Shown: positions 1 through 9,829 of the stretch, piece after piece | Numbering within the stretch: position 1 is the first letter of the stretch | Layout of the letters: the number at the start of each line of letters is the position of its first letter | NCBI RefSeq assembly: GCF_014696225.1 | Contig: NZ_JACJPV010000013.1 | Span: forward strand, 1-64,000 | Direction: 5' to 3' | Source of the DNA: Anabaena sp. FACHB-1237 | Lineage (GTDB): Bacteria > Cyanobacteriota > Cyanobacteriia > Cyanobacteriales > Nostocaceae | DNA length: 64,000 bases | The notes under the pieces: model-generated | The model's database searches: none | What the model was told of the DNA's origin: nothing | What the model saw: the letters and a program-made list of their open reading frames with translations, nothing else | Program-made: the position numbers and the translations under genes

Positions 1-420
1 CAACTGGTATGAAGTACAGAGGAATCTGTTTACTTTAGTTGTACGTGAGCATATTTTTGCTAATCTTAATAGCGATCGCATGATCTAGAATACATAGATA
101 ATGTTTTTTGTCAATGCGTAAGTCCTAGATATTATTCCCATTCAAAAACGGCATCATCATCTTGGAAATATTCCCCAAAAGTTAGCAGATATGATAGATT
201 TAGCTTTACGCGAAAAACCACAACTTTATTTTAAAACTGCGGCTGATTTTAAACAAGCTCTGTTAGACTCTATTTAATTAAGCGAAATAAACCTAATTAT
301 TTGTAACTAGCAACTTACGTTAATATCCTGTAAATCCTCAAATCCTGCGTATACTCATTTTGATAAACTTAGATACAAAATATAATATACTGTAGTGAAA
401 ACCAAATCCTTAATACTACT

Positions 421-2208
421 ATGTCAGCCTGGACACTAGATATCATCCTACAAGATAAATATATCATTAAAAAAGCCATTAGCAGAGGTGGCTTTGGGAA
501 AACCTATTTAGCGCAAGATATTAGATTAAAACGTTTAGTAGTAATCAAAACTCTCAACGAAGAACAACAAAAAAAGTCTAGCCATAATAACATTCAACAG
601 AAATTTATCCAAGAAGCAGAAGCATTAGCTAAATGTCAACATCCTTATATCGTGCAAATCTACGATATCTTTGAACAAGATGGAATAGAAGCTATTGTTA
701 TGGAACATATTGATGGACATGAGCTAGAATTATATGTCAAAGAATATAATGGTTATTTGTCCGAAACCGAGGCACTACGATATATAGATCAAATTGGGCA
801 AGCCTTAGAATGTGTTCATGAAAATGGATTATTGCATAGAGACGTTAAGCCTAGTAATATTCTCTTACGAAAACGAACTCAAGAAGCTGTTTTAATTGAT
901 TTTGGTCTAGCACGAGAGTTTGAGTCTGGTAAACTAAAAACCATGACGGGAATGAAAACAGAAGGTTATGCTCCCATAGAACAATATGAGTATGAAGAGC
1001 GGAAATTAATTACACTTATTGATGTGGTAAATGTCAAACCAGGACATTATACAGATGTTTATGGTCTGGCTGCGACTTTATATACTTTATTAACTCAACG
1101 AATTCCTTTACCATCCTATAGTTTAGCCGATAGTGGTTATCCCTTGCCCCCACCACAACAATATAATGACAAGATTAGTAATAGGGTAAATGCTGCTATT
1201 CTCCAGGCTATGCAAATACTACCAGAAAACCGTCCCCAGACTATTAGAGAATTTAGAGATTTGCTAGGTTTACTTAACCAACCTGTAATTAATATTCCTC
1301 TTCAAACTCCTCAAATTAATCTTGATAATGCTGAAAGTATCAAAATCCTATCTCCACAATTTGAAATTCCTATACCAGTAAAACCACAACCTATGAAAAT
1401 TCCTAAGTTTGAAATTCCTGTACCACCACAACCTAAATTTCAATCTTTTACAGAAAATTTGGGAAAAATAGAAACTAAAGGTCTCTTATCTCTGTTTACA
1501 GGCGATCGCCAACTATTATTAGATATGATTGCCATTCCTGGTGGAAAATTTCTTATGGGTTCATCAGATAACGATCACCAAGCAACAAGTTACGAAAAAC
1601 CTCAACATGAAGTTATTGTTTCACCTTTCTACATGGGAAAATACCCTGTTACTCAGCTACAATGGCAAAAAGTGGCCAGTTTACCCAAGGTAAAAATTGA
1701 TTTAGACCCCAAACCATCATACTTTAAGGGCAAAAATCTTCCTGTCGAACAGGTTTCATGGCTTGACGCTCAGGAATTTTGTGCTAGACTGAGCAAAGCT
1801 ACAGGTAAAAAATATCGGTTGCCTAGTGAAGCTGAATGGGAATACGCCTGTAGGGCTAAAACCACAACTCGCTATTATTTCGGTGATAGCATTACTACTG
1901 ATTTAGCCAATTATGATGGACGATATGGACAAACCACAGAAGTAGGCAAATTTCGACCTAATGCTTTTGGTTTGTATGATATGCATGGGAATGTATGGGA
2001 ATGGTGTGAAGATACTTGGCATCAAAATTACATCAATGCCCCTACATATAGTAGAGATTCCACTGGACAAGGCAATATTGCACTGCTGCGTGGTGGTTCT
2101 TGGATCAACGATGCTAGTTGCTGTAGATCTGCCTTTCCTGCTAGGCTTTTGCGTGATAATCGTTTCAACCGGTGCGGTTTTCGGGTCGTCCTTTCCCTGA
2201 GAAATTAA
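421..2208 (+). CDS. Ser/Thr protein kinase fused to a C-terminal formylglycine-generating-enzyme (FGE/SUMF1)-like domain
   Basis: N-terminus carries the kinase glycine loop (ISRGGFGKTYLA), VIK lysine, HRDVKPSNILL catalytic loop and DFG. C-terminal ~250 aa match FGE-sulfatase-modifying-domain motifs (GGKFLMGS, LPSEAEWEYACRA, YDMHGNVWEWCED, RGGSW). Pro-rich linker between the two. Confidence 0.8.
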   Translation: MSAWTLDIILQDKYIIKKAISRGGFGKTYLAQDIRLKRLVVIKTLNEEQQKKSSHNNIQQKFIQEAEALAKCQHPYIVQIYDIFEQDGIEAIVMEHIDGHELELYVKEYNGYLSETEALRYIDQIGQALECVHENGLLHRDVKPSNILLRKRTQEAVLIDFGLAREFESGKLKTMTGMKTEGYAPIEQYEYEERKLITLIDVVNVKPGHYTDVYGLAATLYTLLTQRIPLPSYSLADSGYPLPPPQQYNDKISNRVNAAILQAMQILPENRPQTIREFRDLLGLLNQPVINIPLQTPQINLDNAESIKILSPQFEIPIPVKPQPMKIPKFEIPVPPQPKFQSFTENLGKIETKGLLSLFTGDRQLLLDMIAIPGGKFLMGSSDNDHQATSYEKPQHEVIVSPFYMGKYPVTQLQWQKVASLPKVKIDLDPKPSYFKGKNLPVEQVSWLDAQEFCARLSKATGKKYRLPSEAEWEYACRAKTTTRYYFGDSITTDLANYDGRYGQTTEVGKFRPNAFGLYDMHGNVWEWCEDTWHQNYINAPTYSRDSTGQGNIALLRGGSWINDASCCRSAFPARLLRDNRFNRCGFRVVLSLRN

Positions 2209-2403
2209 AGTGTAGAATTAATGCTATGATTGAGTTTCAAGTCTTACAGCAGTTTCCATGATTATCAAGTAATGATAAAATTCTTGTAGTGCAGGCATCT
2301 TGCACCCTTTTACCCCCTGTAGATAGAAATAGAATGTGCCGTATAACTGTATTACAGCAGTTTTAATGTATTTAGACCACGCTCCAAAACAATTTTATTC
2401 TTC

Positions 2404-2497
2404 TAGGACTTACGCAAGATGTAACTGAAACCCTGATTATTTGCTAGGGGTAATTCATGAATTACTCCTACCTTCGTTCTCTTTTGCGTAAGTCCTG
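2404..2497. mobile_element. ~94-bp MITE-like element with TIR ctaggacttacgcaag / cttttgcgtaagtcctgg
   Basis: Seen directly in the intergenic region between the kinase-FGE gene and the flotillin-like gene. Solo TIR half-sites at 113..127 and 18207..18220. Confidence 0.65.
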
Positions 2498-2565
2498 GAT
2501 CAAAAATTAGATCATTTTTAAGAAAAACACCTGAACCGAAATGAAGTGATATGTTAAGCAATTAG

Positions 2566-4653
2566 TTGCCCAAAGAGGGCGTTTTTATGAAAAATCGCAA
2601 ACATCAATTAGTCAGTTTTGCAGCATCTACATTTGCCGCTTTAGCAATAGCTACTGGTATCTCAACTGCTAATGCTACGCCTTTAAAAACTTCTACAAAG
2701 ACAGAAATTAAATCACATATTACTGTTAATATTCCCAAACAACCTGCAATTAACCAACTTGTTCCCTATCAAGCAATGGGCATGGAAGTATTAATTATAC
2801 CTGCCTTAATTCTTGGAGGTTGTATATTTTTCGGTGGTTTAGTGGTTATTGGTGAACGAGAAGTTGGTATAGTTGTTAAAAAATTTACGATTACAGGTAA
2901 GGGACTTCCCGCAGGAAGGTTAATAGCTTTAAATGGAGAAGCAGGTTTGCAAGCGGATACACTCGCCCCTGGTTGGCATTGGGGATATTGGCCTTGGCAG
3001 TTTGCAGTTAAAAAAGAATCTGTAATCGTTGTACCTCAAGGACAAATCGCTTTAGTAGTAGCTGCTGATGGTACTTCTATCCCTCCAGAACGCATTTTAG
3101 GCAAGATAGTAGACTCTGATAACTTCCAAGATGCACGAAAATTCTTGACTAAGGGTGGGGAAAAAGGTCGCCAAATGGGTTTCCTCACCGCAGGTACTTA
3201 TCGTATTAATACTGCTCTGTTTAAAGTGATTACATCCGATAATGCTAGTAGTCATGGAATGCGTCCAGAACAAATGCACATCTATGAAATCGCACGAGAA
3301 AAGGTTGGTATTGTCACTACTTTAGATGGTTCACCCATTGAAGAAGGTGAAATTGCTGGACGTATTATTCGGGGTCACGATAATTTCCAAAATGGGCAAA
3401 AATTTATTGATGCTGGCGGACAACGCGGTTTACAAGAACAGGTATTATTATCTGGTACTTGGAATTTAAACCCTTGGTTAGTTAATATTGAACAAGTACC
3501 TATGACCGAAATTCCTATCGGTTATGTCGGTGTGGTTATTTCTTTCGTAGGTGAAGAACAAGAAGATGTTAGTGGTGCCTCTTTCACTCATGGTAATTTG
3601 GTAAATCAAGGACATAAAGGTGTTTGGGTTGAACCTTTGTATCCAGGAAAACACCCCCTCAACACTAAGGTGATGAAAGTTGAGTTAGTACCAACTACAA
3701 ATATTGTCTTAAACTTTACTGACAGAATTAGTGGACAACACGGATATGATACTAATTTAAAAGCTCTAAAACTATTGTCTTTTGACGGTTTTAGCTTTGA
3801 TTTAGAAATATTCCAAATTATTCATATTGGTGCTTCAGATGCTCCGAAAGTAATCTCTCGCTTAGGTTCAATGCAAAACGTCATTGATCAGGTTTTACGC
3901 CCTATTGTGGGTAATTATTTCCGCAATTCTGCTCAAGAATATACTATCTTAGATTTCTTGATTGCACGTAGTGAACGACAAGTGGAAGCTTCTGAATATG
4001 TTAAATCTGCTTTACGTGCTTATGATGTTCAGGCTGTAGATTCATTAATTGGTTTAATTACACCACCACCTCAATTGATGAATACGCTGACAGATCGGAA
4101 AATTGCTGAAGAAGAAAAGAAAACCTATGAAGTGCAACAAATGGCACAAACTCAACGTCAGCAACTTGTACGAGAAACAGCTTTAGCTAATATTCAGAAA
4201 GAAATGGTACAATCAGAACAAAATGTCGAAATAGCAGAGTTGAAAGCGCAAGCAGCCATTAAAGAAGCAAATGGACAAGCTGAGGCGACTAAGTTAAAAG
4301 CATTAGCTGAAGCAGAAGCTATTCTTGCCACAGGTAATGCTAAAGCGGAAACCTATAAAGCTGGTGTACAAGCATTGGGATCACAAGGGTATACAGCGAT
4401 GCAATTAATGCAAATTATAGGCGATCGCAATGTCCGCGTCATTCCTGATATCCTGGTGGGAGGTAGTAACGGCAATAATACTACTAGTTTGGTTGATGGT
4501 TTATTATCTATGATTTTGTGGAATCAAAGTAATCATATACCAACTAATAACACGATAAAAACAAGTGTACCTCCATCTGTAACATCATTACCAAAAACTA
4601 CAGAATTACAGCATCATAACGGACAAAGTACCAGTAATTTTCCCAAGGAATAA
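2566..4653 (+). CDS. Flotillin-like SPFH/band-7 family membrane protein (start possibly at an internal Met near 2782)
   Basis: Membrane hairpin followed by the EREVGIVVKKF motif typical of flotillin/YqiK. Long SPFH core. C-terminal Ala/Glu-rich coiled coil (AELKAQAAIKEANGQAEATKLKALAEAEAILATGNAKAE). The first 70 aa resemble a signal peptide, so the true start is uncertain. Confidence 0.65.
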   Translation: MPKEGVFMKNRKHQLVSFAASTFAALAIATGISTANATPLKTSTKTEIKSHITVNIPKQPAINQLVPYQAMGMEVLIIPALILGGCIFFGGLVVIGEREVGIVVKKFTITGKGLPAGRLIALNGEAGLQADTLAPGWHWGYWPWQFAVKKESVIVVPQGQIALVVAADGTSIPPERILGKIVDSDNFQDARKFLTKGGEKGRQMGFLTAGTYRINTALFKVITSDNASSHGMRPEQMHIYEIAREKVGIVTTLDGSPIEEGEIAGRIIRGHDNFQNGQKFIDAGGQRGLQEQVLLSGTWNLNPWLVNIEQVPMTEIPIGYVGVVISFVGEEQEDVSGASFTHGNLVNQGHKGVWVEPLYPGKHPLNTKVMKVELVPTTNIVLNFTDRISGQHGYDTNLKALKLLSFDGFSFDLEIFQIIHIGASDAPKVISRLGSMQNVIDQVLRPIVGNYFRNSAQEYTILDFLIARSERQVEASEYVKSALRAYDVQAVDSLIGLITPPPQLMNTLTDRKIAEEEKKTYEVQQMAQTQRQQLVRETALANIQKEMVQSEQNVEIAELKAQAAIKEANGQAEATKLKALAEAEAILATGNAKAETYKAGVQALGSQGYTAMQLMQIIGDRNVRVIPDILVGGSNGNNTTSLVDGLLSMILWNQSNHIPTNNTIKTSVPPSVTSLPKTTELQHHNGQSTSNFPKE

Positions 4654-4712
4654 ATGATGATTTTATCTCACGCAAGGATGCAAAGGTGCAAAGAAGGAAA
4701 TAGATAATTTTA

Positions 4713-6413
4713 ATGCTTCAGGAACGTTATCGTTTAGTTAAGTTAGTTGGTAATGGGGGAAAATATCAGACTTTTATCGCTGTTGATGAAGGTGTTTTTC
4801 CTCCAATTTCTTGTATTTTGCAAAGGTTGGTAGTTAATGGGGAACTATCAATGACATTTTCTGATAAGGTTACTAAGTTAAAAAGTTTAAATGATCATCC
4901 CCAAATTCCTAATTTACTAGATTTTTTCACAGATCAAAAATATAATTATCTTGTTTATGAATTGATTATTGGTGATACTTTAAATCAGTTTTTAGCAAAA
5001 CAAGGTACTTTTAATGAAATCCAAATTTGGCAGTTATTAAAAACTATTCTGCCTATATTACAGTTTATTCATGATCATGATCTAATTCATGGTAATTTTC
5101 AACCGAAAAATATCATTATTAACAATTCAATTGAAAATTTGGTGTTAGTCAATTTTGCCGCATCCCTAATATTGCCAAATAGAGAAAAAACTATCGTTAG
5201 TGATCCTGAATATAGCGCCCCAGAACAAATTGAAGGTAAACCTGTGTTTTCTAGTGATTTATATAGTTTAGGAATTATTTGTATTTATCTATTAACACAC
5301 GTTTCTCCTTTTGATTTATTTGATATTAATAATAAATGTATTTGGCAAGATTATTTGACACAACCTATTAGTGAATATTTAAGCCAAGTTTTGACAAAAA
5401 TGATAGATATTAATATTAATACTAGATGGAATTCAACATCAGATATGATAAGGAATCTGGGAATTAAGAGGTGGAAATATCAACAACAAAAAAGTTATAA
5501 TTATGCAGATGTAGTAACTATAAAAAATGATATTGATCAGCAAATTAATACTATCAGATTTAGTCCTGATCAGAAAATTTTAGTTGCTGGAGATGATAAG
5601 AATATTAAAGTTTGGGGTGTGGAAATTTACAAGTTGTTAAGTAATTTTGTGGCACATACTCAAGCAATAACTTGTTTAGATTTTAATGATAATGGTCAAA
5701 TATTAGCTACGGGTAGTGATGATAAAAATATTAAAATTTGGCAGGTAGAAACCTGGGAATTAATACATACTTTAAATACCCATACAAAAGCGGTAAAATC
5801 AGTTAGTTTCCATCCGCACAAGAATATTTTAGTTAGTGGAAGTTGGGACAAAACTATTAAAGTTTGGGATATTGATCAATTTCAGGAAGTTTTGTCTATT
5901 ACAGGACATAAATTACAAATAAATGCGGTGGTTTTTAGTCCTAATGGTAATATAATAGCTAGTGGAAGCAGCGATCGCACAGTGAAATTATGGCGAATAT
6001 GGCAAGGTGAAAAATCAACACACTACCATTATCAACTGTTAAGAACATTAGTAAATCATACTTGGCCAGTATTAACAATTGCCTTTAGTCCAGATGGCAC
6101 AATATTAGCTAGTGGTAGCAGCGATAATACTATTAATTTATGGGATCTAAACACAGGAGAATTAATTACAACACTTGCGGGACATTCTTGGTCTGTGGTA
6201 GCATTAGCATTTATTAAAGATAGTCAAACTTTGATTACTGGTAGTTGGGATACAACTGTAAAAATTTGGAATTTACAGACAAATAAAGAGATAATTACAT
6301 TCAACAATCATAGTGATTTAATCACAGCTATAGATGTAAGTGCAGATGGAAATTTAATTGCTAGTAGTAGTAAGGATAAAACTATAAAAATAATTCTTAA
6401 TTCTTTTATTTAG
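4713..6413 (+). CDS. Ser/Thr kinase-like domain fused to a WD40 beta-propeller
   Basis: N-terminal kinase-like fold with degenerate motifs (glycine loop VGNGGKYQTF; no canonical HRD, which reads HGNFQPKN, so possibly a pseudokinase). At least 7 WD40 repeats follow, ending in WD/WN/WQ dipeptides (KVWGVE, KIWQVE, KVWDID, KLWRIW, NLWDLN, KIWNLQ). Confidence 0.75.
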   Translation: MLQERYRLVKLVGNGGKYQTFIAVDEGVFPPISCILQRLVVNGELSMTFSDKVTKLKSLNDHPQIPNLLDFFTDQKYNYLVYELIIGDTLNQFLAKQGTFNEIQIWQLLKTILPILQFIHDHDLIHGNFQPKNIIINNSIENLVLVNFAASLILPNREKTIVSDPEYSAPEQIEGKPVFSSDLYSLGIICIYLLTHVSPFDLFDINNKCIWQDYLTQPISEYLSQVLTKMIDININTRWNSTSDMIRNLGIKRWKYQQQKSYNYADVVTIKNDIDQQINTIRFSPDQKILVAGDDKNIKVWGVEIYKLLSNFVAHTQAITCLDFNDNGQILATGSDDKNIKIWQVETWELIHTLNTHTKAVKSVSFHPHKNILVSGSWDKTIKVWDIDQFQEVLSITGHKLQINAVVFSPNGNIIASGSSDRTVKLWRIWQGEKSTHYHYQLLRTLVNHTWPVLTIAFSPDGTILASGSSDNTINLWDLNTGELITTLAGHSWSVVALAFIKDSQTLITGSWDTTVKIWNLQTNKEIITFNNHSDLITAIDVSADGNLIASSSKDKTIKIILNSFI

Positions 6414-6676
6414 AAAACAAAAAAATATATGTAGAGACGTTTCAAGAAATGTCTCTATTCATAAAACGCCTCTACATTATCTCAAATAATTTACAAGTAA
6501 CTTAGTAAATGGTAATCAGAAATTACGCATTAAAACGTAAATAATCACATATCAGAAATCATGCAGCAAATATCAAGATTGTAGCTATTATGTAATATAT
6601 AGTATAGCTTATCTGTACATATTAGCTGAATGCTGAATGCTGACATTAGCAATTACTAATTAAAGTGTTAAAACAA

Positions 6677-6976
6677 TCAAGCACTACCTGTGAAGGCCAC
6701 TTCAGGGAACTTCAACTGTGCTTCGGCCATGGGACGGTTTCTACCTTCCTCTTGCCAATAGTTGATTACTTCTGTAGCTTTGTTGAGTAATTCAACGCGA
6801 TCAATATCTGTAATCCAGTGTTTAGATTCTAACTCTTTTTTGAGTTCTTCCCAGGCATCATTTCTAGGCCAGAAGAAATACTTTGTTAAAGGACTAGAAC
6901 CCTTACCGACAACTTGATCTACTGCTAGGGCTACGTTTTCGTCTAACCAGAGAATTTTTAAAATGAACTTGGTCAA
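6677..6976 (-). CDS. ycf65: Probable 30S ribosomal protein PSRP-3 (Ycf65)
   Basis: 99-aa protein [55 protein letters not shown] matches the conserved cyanobacterial/plastid PSRP-3 signature. Recognised from memory of the family. Confidence 0.75.
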   Translation of the reverse strand: MTKFILKILWLDENVALAVDQVVGKGSSPLTKYFFWPRNDAWEELKKELESKHWITDIDRVELLNKATEVINYWQEEGRNRPMAEAQLKFPEVAFTGSA

Positions 6977-7595
6977 TTATACCTCCGGGATATGTCCGGC
7001 TACTAATTACTAATTGGTGGATTTGCACAAAACAAAATGAAAATCCTAAATTATGAGTATAACTCCTTTTTGAGTTATTTTTCGGTAAACCGCCAAATTC
7101 CATCCCGGTGATCTGGTCTACCTTGTTCTAACAAATAATTAACTCTACTTAAATACAAATCTAGGTTTTTATCAGCATTATTAATTTATTAATATTTAAA
7201 AACTTTTATAAACACTTTTTCTCTTTTTTTACAGTGTCAGCACTTATGCAACTGGCACATTGGTAGGGTACATCAGACTGCATAAATCCTGCAAATAAAT
7301 TGATTCTTGATATGTGACACACCCCACAAGAGATTTTTAGTGTGACACTTGCGTAACTTCCTCACTCCTTGTAGGGGTTTATTATTGCTTAATGGTCTCA
7401 ACCTAACCCAAAATTGTTTTATTTGTTTGCTTCCACACCCACCCTGAAATGAATTTCAAGCCTAATAACCAAAGTAAACTTTAGTTTACTAGAAGAATTT
7501 TTGTTCATTAAGTCATCTTTAAATGACTTCCCAGTGCGGTTATGGGTTTTACGTTAAGTTGACACCAATGATTACCGTTAAACCCCTACTGACTC

Positions 7596-9245
7596 CTATT
7601 TAATCATTTCTAGAATGTTAGGAGGAAGTTGACGAACTGTGCGAAATGGAAATAATTTAGTTGATGCTATTTGTGCATAATCAGATGTTAAAAAAGGTTG
7701 ATATTCTGCTGCTTGCGGTGTTTGTTGGGCAGCCATTGCTAGGGTAATACCTTTAACAAATTGACGCACATCTTTAGCGTCATCTCCTACTATTTCTTTG
7801 CCAAATAATGGTGTATTAGTTTTGCCAGCTTGATCTAAAGTTGTGCTCGGATCTTTGACACTTAAATGAGTCGCACCAATGGCGGCAACTAACCATTTAG
7901 GAGAGGTAATCTTAGCAAAACCTATCACTTGTTCTGTTAATGCTGGTGTGGTTTTATCTGCGGAACTTGTGAATATTAATGTGGGTATTTCAACTTTTGT
8001 TAATCCTGTTTCTCCAAACATTAAAGAAGATGTAGGATTAAATGCGATCGCTTGTTTAATTCTTATGTCTCGCAATTGATAACTTTTTTCTGGTAATTCC
8101 TGCGCTATACATTGCACTCCTTCCCCTAAACTAACTTCAGCTAAATTTTGCTGGCAATTTGCTTTTAAACTCTCTATTTGTAATTCCCCCCCAGCTAATG
8201 TTAAAGCCGTCGCACCACCAAAAGAATAACCCACAAACATCACATTATTAGTCGCTAATTTTCCCTGCAATTCACTATTATTTGTTTGATTATTTGTTTT
8301 ATTACTTATTTGATTCATTTTAGCTAATTCATCCAGTACAAAACTAACATCTTTTGGTCTATCTAAAAATTCTTGCGGCTCTACTATTCTTCTTTTACCT
8401 TTAGTAATTGCATTAGTATTAGTTTCATTACTACCAGGATGTTCTAAAGCCGCAACTACATAACCATGAGAAGCTAAATGTTCCGCTAAGTACCCTAAAT
8501 CTTTTTTATTTGAACCTAACCCATGAGAGAACACCACTAAAGGCTTATCAGCCTTTACAACTGCTGAATAATATATATCTACAGGAATTTGACGCTGACG
8601 TTTTGCATCCGTGAACTTTAAACTCAATATTTCTACTTTAGCTTTTCCCGGCTGACGAGGATCAATAGGATATACAGCTTCGATATTTCGCGGACTAAGT
8701 TGCGGCGAAATAGCTAACATAAACTGCTGGGTCTTAAAAAAAGAACCGTTTAAATTTTGCACCACATTAATCATTTTCGGTAAATTGATCTCCAAGCGTT
8801 TACTAGGATAAGCAGATATAAAACTTAACACTGATAAACCTCCGGGCTGTCTAGCGCCTAAAATTAATCCCGCTTTCATCGCTGATACTCCTCCTTGTCC
8901 AGAACGATTGATCACTGGCGCAAGATCACTAAGTACAGTATCGGCAATTTGAGTATTAATTAATCTGTCTAATACAATAACACTTATGGGAATTTTAGCC
9001 CTCAAACCCCCAAGAAAAGCCTGGCGCTGTTCCTGAGTCATCCTCTTGGTAAACGTTTCTAAGCTTTCTGGTAGTTTCCCCGTCTCTGCTGCTATTTTTA
9101 AGTCCGCTACTGATGCTGACTCTTCTAATAAGCCATAACGCAAGACTACAGTTTCCGCAGCTTTTACAGTGCTATTCATAGCAACAATCGCACACACAGC
9201 ACCTATAAATGCTTTCCCCATCTTCCAGTTTTTTATTGTTAACAT
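7596..9245 (-). CDS. Secreted alpha/beta-hydrolase (esterase/lipase-like) with an N-terminal extension domain
   Basis: Signal peptide (MGKAFIGAVCAIVAMNSTVKAAE). C-terminal hydrolase fold with oxyanion region VVFSHGLGS and nucleophile elbow GYSFGG. Confidence 0.6.
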   Translation of the reverse strand: MLTIKNWKMGKAFIGAVCAIVAMNSTVKAAETVVLRYGLLEESASVADLKIAAETGKLPESLETFTKRMTQEQRQAFLGGLRAKIPISVIVLDRLINTQIADTVLSDLAPVINRSGQGGVSAMKAGLILGARQPGGLSVLSFISAYPSKRLEINLPKMINVVQNLNGSFFKTQQFMLAISPQLSPRNIEAVYPIDPRQPGKAKVEILSLKFTDAKRQRQIPVDIYYSAVVKADKPLVVFSHGLGSNKKDLGYLAEHLASHGYVVAALEHPGSNETNTNAITKGKRRIVEPQEFLDRPKDVSFVLDELAKMNQISNKTNNQTNNSELQGKLATNNVMFVGYSFGGATALTLAGGELQIESLKANCQQNLAEVSLGEGVQCIAQELPEKSYQLRDIRIKQAIAFNPTSSLMFGETGLTKVEIPTLIFTSSADKTTPALTEQVIGFAKITSPKWLVAAIGATHLSVKDPSTTLDQAGKTNTPLFGKEIVGDDAKDVRQFVKGITLAMAAQQTPQAAEYQPFLTSDYAQIASTKLFPFRTVRQLPPNILEMIK

Positions 9246-9829
9246 CTTCTATCACATCTCTACTGACAGTGATTGTAACTGATTTTCCGCTTCTGTTACC
9301 GCCATCATCTTTTTAATAAGTAAGTCTTAATAGATACTATCCGGATTTTTTTGTCAATAGCAATAACAATGGGACGTGCAGCTAACGCTTCAATAAAAGG
9401 TTTAGCCCAGTGATTGGTAATTAGTATCCGTAAAATTTTTTATACATAGTAGATACTATTTTTATTAGCGATTTGTTGCGGAAAATTATTTCCCAAAAAT
9501 TATTTTAACTTGCTCACTACAAATTCACTTTCATCTGATACAATAGCTCACTGATAGTATCTATCAAGAAATTGTATATATTTTCTAAATTTTAGGTCTC
9601 GCAAACCCTTATATATCAGGCAATTATCTTATGTAACCCCAAAATCCTTGTTCAAACGTGCACTACCTGTGCATTTTCGTGATATATTCCTAACATTGAC
9701 AATTGACATTAGTATAATTTGGTGCTAATATAATGATTATCTGTGGTCTGTAAAAATAGGTGACGATTAGTACCAACTATTAAACTATTTTTAACCGTAA
9801 AACCTACATAACAAAACAACTAAACATAT

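Noticed and set aside
1961-2200. 79-aa ORF in an alternative frame inside the kinase-FGE gene
   Set aside because: Fully nested in a well-supported CDS. Low-complexity hydrophobic translation. Typical AT-rich artefact.
3097-3279. Antisense 60-aa ORF inside the flotillin-like gene. Similar short antisense/nested ORFs: 6903..7103, 7879..8079, 10500..10721, 11436..11684, 12376..12558, 15948..16247, 16672..16947, 24164..24346, 24535..24741, 27307..27534, 30812..30994, 31309..31494, 37254..37508, 38368..38643, 39539..39769, 42441..42650, 42892..43080, 44372..44554, 53791..53982, 60427..60708, 63090..63389, 63107..63313
   Set aside because: All lie within longer ORFs that carry clear family motifs. 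No independent support.
7596-9245. Secreted alpha/beta hydrolase as a type-II thioesterase or tailoring enzyme of the NRPS/PKS cluster
   Set aside because: Opposite strand, separated by 580 bp. Carries a signal peptide and a large non-catalytic N-terminal domain unlike type-II TEs. More likely an unrelated esterase.
9696-9734. TTGACA/TATAAT-like hexamers ~100 bp upstream of the first NRPS gene as a sigma-70 promoter
   Set aside because: Spacings are 11 and 20 nt rather than 17+/-1. By-eye promoter calls in 65% AT DNA are unreliable. Left uncalled.
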